64,000 nucleotides of DNA, taken from assembly GCF_002087085.1 (NCBI RefSeq), contig NZ_MWQY01000002.1, positions 1 through 64,000 on the forward strand, read 5' to 3'. Made by a program: the position numbers and the translations under genes. Positions 58,837 to 64,000 of this stretch are shown piece after piece. Each line of letters opens with the position of its first letter. Within the stretch, counting starts at the first letter, position 1. Under the pieces are notes generated by a model. The model made no database searches. It saw nothing but the letters and a program-made list of their open reading frames with translations, and was not told where the DNA came from.

Positions 58837-59748
58837 ATGCAGGAAGGTATTCTCCGATTCTTCAGCAGGATATCCACTCCCGGACTCGACGCCCTCGCCG
58901 AGGGAATCACCATGCTGGGGGAGCAGTACCTTTTTATCGCGGTTATAACCCTTGTCTTCTGGAACATCTCCAAAAAGGCGGGACTGCTTCTCGCCTTCAG
59001 CTACCTGACATCCGCCCTGGTCAACGTCGGGGTAAAGGTTCTGGTACGGGCTCCGAGACCCTTCGAGATCCTTGCGGACATCGAGGGTAAACGGGTGCAT
59101 ACGGCCACGGGATACTCCTTTCCAAGCGGCCACACCCAGGGGGCAGCCGGATTCCTGACTGCCGCGGCCCTGCTGCTGCGCAGGTTCTGGTTCAGCTGTT
59201 TCGCATTTATGCTTATGCTCCTCATAGCCCTGAGCAGGGTGTACCTGGGCGTCCACTGGCCGCTTGATGTTATCGCCGGGCTTCTTCTCGGTGTACTGAG
59301 CGCCTGGGGAACATTCCGCCTTCTGGAACCCATGCTGAACGATCCCCCCAGACTGCAGTCTATCCTTCTCCGGGGAATTTCACTTATCGTCACACTCACC
59401 CTTGCCCTCTTCGTCCTGGAGAAAACAGGAAGCCTGGATCCCGTAAAGATACGGGATTTTTACAAGCTCTCCGGCACGGCCGCGGGGGCCATGGCGGGCT
59501 GCATTCTGGAAATGCGGCTGATTAATTTCAAAACGGAGGCCAGCGCTATACGGAAGACACTGCGTTACCTCCTGGGGCTCGCTGTCGCTTTACTGCTCCT
59601 CGCAGGCCTCAAAACGATACTCCCCGACGACAACTGTTTCGCCTTTCTGCGATACCTTGCAGTATCCCTGTGGCTGATCTTCCTGTTCCCCTGGGCGGGG
59701 GTAAAGGCAGGGCTTTTTTATTCAGCGCTTTTGGAGAAAGATCCATGA
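58837..59748 (+). CDS. PAP2-family membrane phosphatase
   Basis: KVLVRAPRP, SFPSGH, SRVYLGVHW. Confidence 0.92.
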   Translation: MQEGILRFFSRISTPGLDALAEGITMLGEQYLFIAVITLVFWNISKKAGLLLAFSYLTSALVNVGVKVLVRAPRPFEILADIEGKRVHTATGYSFPSGHTQGAAGFLTAAALLLRRFWFSCFAFMLMLLIALSRVYLGVHWPLDVIAGLLLGVLSAWGTFRLLEPMLNDPPRLQSILLRGISLIVTLTLALFVLEKTGSLDPVKIRDFYKLSGTAAGAMAGCILEMRLINFKTEASAIRKTLRYLLGLAVALLLLAGLKTILPDDNCFAFLRYLAVSLWLIFLFPWAGVKAGLFYSALLEKDP

Positions 59749-60857
59749 AAGAAGAGGACGTACAGAACAGAATAGAATCCCTGTTCAGGAATCAGGTACG
59801 GAACGACGGGAGAGTAAAAAACGCATATCTGCTGGTAGACTCGGATAAACTGAACATTCACCTGAATGCCGCAGCAGGAACAACGGATGGATCAAAAGCA
59901 CATATCGGGCAGCCCAACCACCTTGCCAGCGTGGGAAAACTCTTCACCGCCGCACTGATCGGTATTCTCCACGAGAGGGGTCAGCTTGATTATGATGATC
60001 CTGTCGGCAGATATCTCGATGCCGATCTGATGAGGAGCCTGCATGTCTTCAAAGGCAAGGATTATTCGGACCAGATTACGATCAGGCATCTCCTGATGCA
60101 GACCTCCGGCCTGAATGACGTGTTCTATCATCTCTGGAAAAAGAAAATGGAAAACCCCGATTTCAGAATCAGCCCGCGGGGGGCGATAATCTGGGGCAAG
60201 GAGAATTTACAGCCGAAAGCCGTACCCGGCGGAAGGCATTTTTACACCGACACAAACTATTTTCTGCTGGGATTAATTATCGAGAGTATAACGAAAAAAG
60301 GATTTCATGAGGTCATGCATGAACTGATTTTCAAGCCCCTGGACATGGAGCATGCGTGGCTTTACGGACTGTCAGAACCTGAAACGGCCTCCGATTATCC
60401 CACGGCACGACTGTATATCAAAGGGCACGATCTGCTTTCCATTGAAGGTATTCATGAAATCGATTATGCAGGAGGCAGCGTGATCGCCCCCTTAAAAGAT
60501 TTTCTCAGCTTCATGAAGGCTCTGGTCGGTCACCGGATCGTGAAAAAGGAAACCCTGGACAGAATGATCGAGGATGATATTCCCATGGGATTTCCGATTC
60601 TGGGATTCAACTACGGGTATTCCATCTGGAAAACAGGGACAATCCCCCTGATCCTGCCCAGGGAATATTATTGCTGGGGCTGTGTCGGCGTAACCGGTGC
60701 ATTCATGTTCTATCACCCGGGGACCGAGTCCTTCATCATCGGAACCTTCAATGACTTTTCCTGGCGCGGAAAAGCCCTGAGGTTTATGGCCGGAAAGGTG
60801 ATAAAGGAACTGCTGCAGTACCAGGAGAAAAAAGGCATCAAGACATCATATTCTTGA
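59745..60857 (+). CDS. Serine hydrolase, beta-lactamase/PBP-like family
   Basis: ASVGK (SxxK), HLLMQTSGL, YTDTNY; no signal peptide. Confidence 0.85.
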   Translation: MKEEDVQNRIESLFRNQVRNDGRVKNAYLLVDSDKLNIHLNAAAGTTDGSKAHIGQPNHLASVGKLFTAALIGILHERGQLDYDDPVGRYLDADLMRSLHVFKGKDYSDQITIRHLLMQTSGLNDVFYHLWKKKMENPDFRISPRGAIIWGKENLQPKAVPGGRHFYTDTNYFLLGLIIESITKKGFHEVMHELIFKPLDMEHAWLYGLSEPETASDYPTARLYIKGHDLLSIEGIHEIDYAGGSVIAPLKDFLSFMKALVGHRIVKKETLDRMIEDDIPMGFPILGFNYGYSIWKTGTIPLILPREYYCWGCVGVTGAFMFYHPGTESFIIGTFNDFSWRGKALRFMAGKVIKELLQYQEKKGIKTSYS

Positions 60858-60888
60858 CATCAGAACATTATCAATGTAAATTCTGTCC

Positions 60889-61137
60889 ATGAGAACAACT
60901 TTGACAATAGAGGACGATGTGGCCGCAATGATACGAAGGATACAAAGGCGGGATCAGAAACCCTTCAAGGTTGTGGTTAATGATCTGCTGCGCAAAGGCC
61001 TGGTGGAAAGCAGTCAGCAGGCTGAGGAACATCGGCACTATTCCACCCCGGAATTGAGCTCCGGTCCCTGCCGTTTTGCAGACCTTGATAACATTTCAGA
61101 AATTCTCGCAGTAGCAGAGCGTGAGGATTACTCTTGA
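60889..61137 (+). CDS. vapB: VapB-type antitoxin
   Basis: MRTTLTIEDDV...VVNDLLRKG; overlaps the PIN gene. Confidence 0.8.
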   Translation: MRTTLTIEDDVAAMIRRIQRRDQKPFKVVVNDLLRKGLVESSQQAEEHRHYSTPELSSGPCRFADLDNISEILAVAEREDYS

Positions 61138-61562
61138 TTCTGATTGATGCAGATTTGCTGATTTATGCGAGCATGAAGTCCAGCTCCAGTCATGCCGGTG
61201 CCAAAGAGTGGTTGGACGGAAAGCTCAACGGAAACGCTCCGGTGGGGATCCCCTGGGAAAGTATGCTTGCATTTCTCCGAAGCGTCACCAATCCACGGAT
61301 ATTCTCTCCTCCGGTTTCCCCGGAGGAAGCCTGGAAGGTAATCAGGTACTGGACCTCCTGCAAACCCGTATGGATTCCTCAAGCGACGGAAAATCACCTT
61401 TCCATTCTGGAAAATATTTATCGCAGCATTAAACCAGCCGCGAATCTGGTTCCTGACGCCCATCTGGCCGCCCTGTCGATGGAACACGGTCTTACGCTCT
61501 GTTCCACCGACGGTGACTTTGCAAGATTTCCGAAGCTGTCCTGGGTAAACCCGCTGGCATAA
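61134..61562 (+). CDS. vapC: VapC PIN-domain toxin
   Basis: ILIDAD.LIYA, DAHLAAL, STDGDFARF, NPL. Confidence 0.9.
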   Translation: MILIDADLLIYASMKSSSSHAGAKEWLDGKLNGNAPVGIPWESMLAFLRSVTNPRIFSPPVSPEEAWKVIRYWTSCKPVWIPQATENHLSILENIYRSIKPAANLVPDAHLAALSMEHGLTLCSTDGDFARFPKLSWVNPLA

Positions 61563-61577
61563 TTCTTCCCGAAGGCT

Positions 61578-62837
61578 TTACGCGAAATTCCTGCGACGTT
61601 CCCACACACCGAGATAGAACAACCCGAGCGCTGCCAGAGCCGCGGCGGAGCTTACCATTATCCAGACCGACGGTATGCCTGAGAGGTCGGCGATCCGGCC
61701 TCCGACGGGCGGCGAAATGCTGAATCCGAGACCGGTTACCAGGGGAAGCACGGCATTGAAACGGCCCCGATGGCTCATGGGGGTATGGTTTGAAACATAG
61801 ACACGTTCGTTGGTGACGTTGAGAACCTCACCGGTGGTCCAGATAAGAGTGGACATAAAAAAGACCCAGGGAGAGCGGGCGAAGGCCAGTATTCCAAAAC
61901 CAAAGGCAAAGAGGAGCCCCGCAACAGCCACATTGAAGATGGGGGCAAAACGCTTCATCAGAGCTACTATAGGCGTCGTCAGGATAATGACGAGAACGGC
62001 GTTCATGGTCATCAGAAAACCGAAGAGCCTGGCGCCGTCGTCACCGAACAGTTCACCCGCCTGCATTGGAAGGGCGAAGCGATGCTGAGCGTAGGCGAAA
62101 CCGTAAAAAGTAATCAGAAACGAAAAGACCAGCAGCCTGGGCCGGGAAAGAAGCGCCCGAAAGAGTCCTCCGTCAAGGGCTTTTTCCGTGGAGTCTGAAA
62201 GCATGCTCAGCTCCAGCTCTTCCCGGGACGGAAGGGTCTCGGGAATAAACACGCCAACCAGGACCAGGGCGGCACAGGCGGCGCAGGCGTTTCCCCAGAA
62301 GAGCCAGGAGGGGGCTGCAGCAAACAGGAAGCCTGCGATGAGCTGCCCGATTCCAAAGCCGAGGTTATGGCCCATGTAGATCAGGCTGAAAGCCGTCTGT
62401 CTGTTCTCCGGCCTGGTTACATCCATGCTCATGGCCTGTCTCGCCGGGTCGGTTATACCGTCGAAAAACACGGAGGCAATTACGAAACCCGCTATCATGT
62501 AGGGGTCGGAAAGAAAGCCGCAGGGAACAAACATGAGGGCGCTCAGGAACTGGGATATCATCATGACGCGCTTGCGGCCAAAGAGGTCTGTCATTTTACC
62601 GCCGATGAGATTACCCGGAACATAGGCTATGGTAGTCAGAAAGAGGATGTCCCCCGTCTCCTTCGGTGAGAGTCCGAAACGCCGGGTGAGAATCAGGGCG
62701 AGGAAGGGAAAGACAAAAATACCGGTGCCGTTCACCACTGTGGCGGTAAAAAGGGCATAGACGCTGGCAGGCAGATCCCTATAGGGGGTGGCGGCCCTCG
62801 ACAGAATATTTTTTTTAAATTCGGGAACTGGTTTCAT
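61578..62837 (-). CDS. Major facilitator superfamily transporter
   Basis: About 12 TM segments, GKMTDLFGRKR motif A; start approximate (MKPVPE). Confidence 0.88.
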   Translation of the reverse strand: MKPVPEFKKNILSRAATPYRDLPASVYALFTATVVNGTGIFVFPFLALILTRRFGLSPKETGDILFLTTIAYVPGNLIGGKMTDLFGRKRVMMISQFLSALMFVPCGFLSDPYMIAGFVIASVFFDGITDPARQAMSMDVTRPENRQTAFSLIYMGHNLGFGIGQLIAGFLFAAAPSWLFWGNACAACAALVLVGVFIPETLPSREELELSMLSDSTEKALDGGLFRALLSRPRLLVFSFLITFYGFAYAQHRFALPMQAGELFGDDGARLFGFLMTMNAVLVIILTTPIVALMKRFAPIFNVAVAGLLFAFGFGILAFARSPWVFFMSTLIWTTGEVLNVTNERVYVSNHTPMSHRGRFNAVLPLVTGLGFSISPPVGGRIADLSGIPSVWIMVSSAAALAALGLFYLGVWERRRNFA

Positions 62838-63079
62838 GATTACAGGACTGTACCCGGTATGGGGTGCTTTGTTCCAGAAGTTCCATGCTGTTATGAACAG
62901 GTATTTCCGGTTTTTTACAGGTCCGGACATCTTAAAACAGCTGGACCCCCTGTTTTCCCCAGGTGATGGTACCCTGCATCTGCCTTGCCTTCCCCTTCCG
63001 TTTTCGGGTAGCCTTTGGGCATGACAGATCCCGGGCCGGTTCACCCGGCACATACGCGCGGAAACAAGGGATACCCCCG

Positions 63080-63586
63080 GTGAACCTTGTACTCTCCCTG
63101 CGGGGGGACGGTCGGCTTGAACTGCGTCCCTCGAGGGTGTTCCGTGTTCTCCTCGGAATAATCGCAGCCGTTCTCGGAACAGCCATCGCCTTTTCAGCGG
63201 CCGCGGGGGAAAATACGGCTCTGATGCCCCTTCTTCTGATGGCCGCATCCCTGCTGGCATCGCTCTACGAGGAACGCTGGATATTCTCAGCGGACGGTGG
63301 AATCGAGAGCCGTCATGGGCTGCTGTTTCTCAAGGCTGTGCGCATCTACCCGTCTGAAGAGGTGGAGAAATTTACCCTCTCCTCCTTTACCAAGGGAAAA
63401 CTGAGAGGCACCGACCCGCAGGCCCCTTCCTTTCTGCCAAGCTACCTTGTACTCGCCGTAGAAACTCGCGGGGACGGAGACCGGACGATAGAGATTCTCA
63501 GATACGCAAAAAAGGAGAGGCTCGAAACCAGAGCGGCGAAGATCGCCGGATTCTGTTCCAAGCCTCTCCTGAACAGGATCGGATAG
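63080..63586 (+). CDS. Hypothetical membrane protein (two TM segments)
   Basis: Two hydrophobic helices then a soluble domain; GTG start inferred, ORF open from 62963. Confidence 0.55.
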   Translation: MNLVLSLRGDGRLELRPSRVFRVLLGIIAAVLGTAIAFSAAAGENTALMPLLLMAASLLASLYEERWIFSADGGIESRHGLLFLKAVRIYPSEEVEKFTLSSFTKGKLRGTDPQAPSFLPSYLVLAVETRGDGDRTIEILRYAKKERLETRAAKIAGFCSKPLLNRIG

Positions 63587-63591
63587 CCTGA

Positions 63592-64000
63592 CTACTTCAG
63601 TCCTTTTGTATCCTGGTACAGGTAGCAGGCAACCTCGTGGGCGCTGTCGGTTTCCAGAAGCTCAGGAATATTCCCCTTACAGACATCCATCCTCTTCGGG
63701 CAGCGGTCGTAGAAATAGCAGCCGTGGCGCTCCCTGTCGGGGGAAGGAACATCTCCGGTCAGAATGATTCGTCTGCGCTGCCGCTCAACCTTCGGGTCCG
63801 GGATCGGCGCTGCAGAAAGCAGAGCCTGGGTATAGGGGTGCCGTGGATTCCTGTAGAGCTCCGTCGCCTCGGCGATCTCGACGATTTTTCCCAGGTACAT
63901 TACCGCGACCCGGGTGCTGATATACTCGATGACCGCCAGATCATGGGCAATAAAGAGATAGGTAAGCCCAAGATCCTTCTGCAGCTCCACCAGCAGATTC
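63592..64000 (-). CDS. Oligopeptide/dipeptide ABC ATP-binding protein, C-terminal part (runs off the window)
   Basis: [39 protein letters not shown]. Confidence 0.92.
   Translation of the reverse strand, partial: NLLVELQKDLGLTYLFIAHDLAVIEYISTRVAVMYLGKIVEIAEATELYRNPRHPYTQALLSAAPIPDPKVERQRRRIILTGDVPSPDRERHGCYFYDRCPKRMDVCKGNIPELLETDSAHEVACYLYQDTKGLK

Overview
64 kb of bacterial chromosome. The moderately high GC and the 'AEGQKE/AGGQKD'-type binding-protein N-termini suggest a free-living spirochaete (inference). Positions 1-38 kb hold a dense set of sugar and organic-acid catabolic loci: three TRAP transporters, two split transketolases, an atypical transaldolase, a LarA-like protein, an aldehyde:ferredoxin oxidoreductase and a fused 2-oxoacid dehydrogenase E1. 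The most striking element is a LacI-controlled operon (TRAP, CoA-transferase, enoyl-CoA hydratase, GRE-fold enzyme, radical-SAM activase). Its 'glycyl' radical enzyme has Ala in place of the catalytic Gly (RVAAY), and its activase has a matching change in the Gly-loop-binding motif (NGPGIR for DGxGxR). This is a candidate alanyl (aminoacyl) radical enzyme pathway of unknown substrate. Downstream of tRNA-Pro(GGG) lies an AT-rich island encoding a Dam-family methyltransferase, a HerA-like ATPase and a NurA-like nuclease, plus a decayed restriction-enzyme fragment; it is a candidate defence system. The island is bracketed by two copies of a ~93-bp structured repeat with compensatory base changes. 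The remainder is asd, an Fe-ADH, an M16 peptidase, a nuclease, a cNMP-histidine kinase, a sugar ABC/Gfo/ROK locus, vapBC, an MFS transporter and a partial oligopeptide ABC ATPase. All functional calls come from motif recognition, not database searches.
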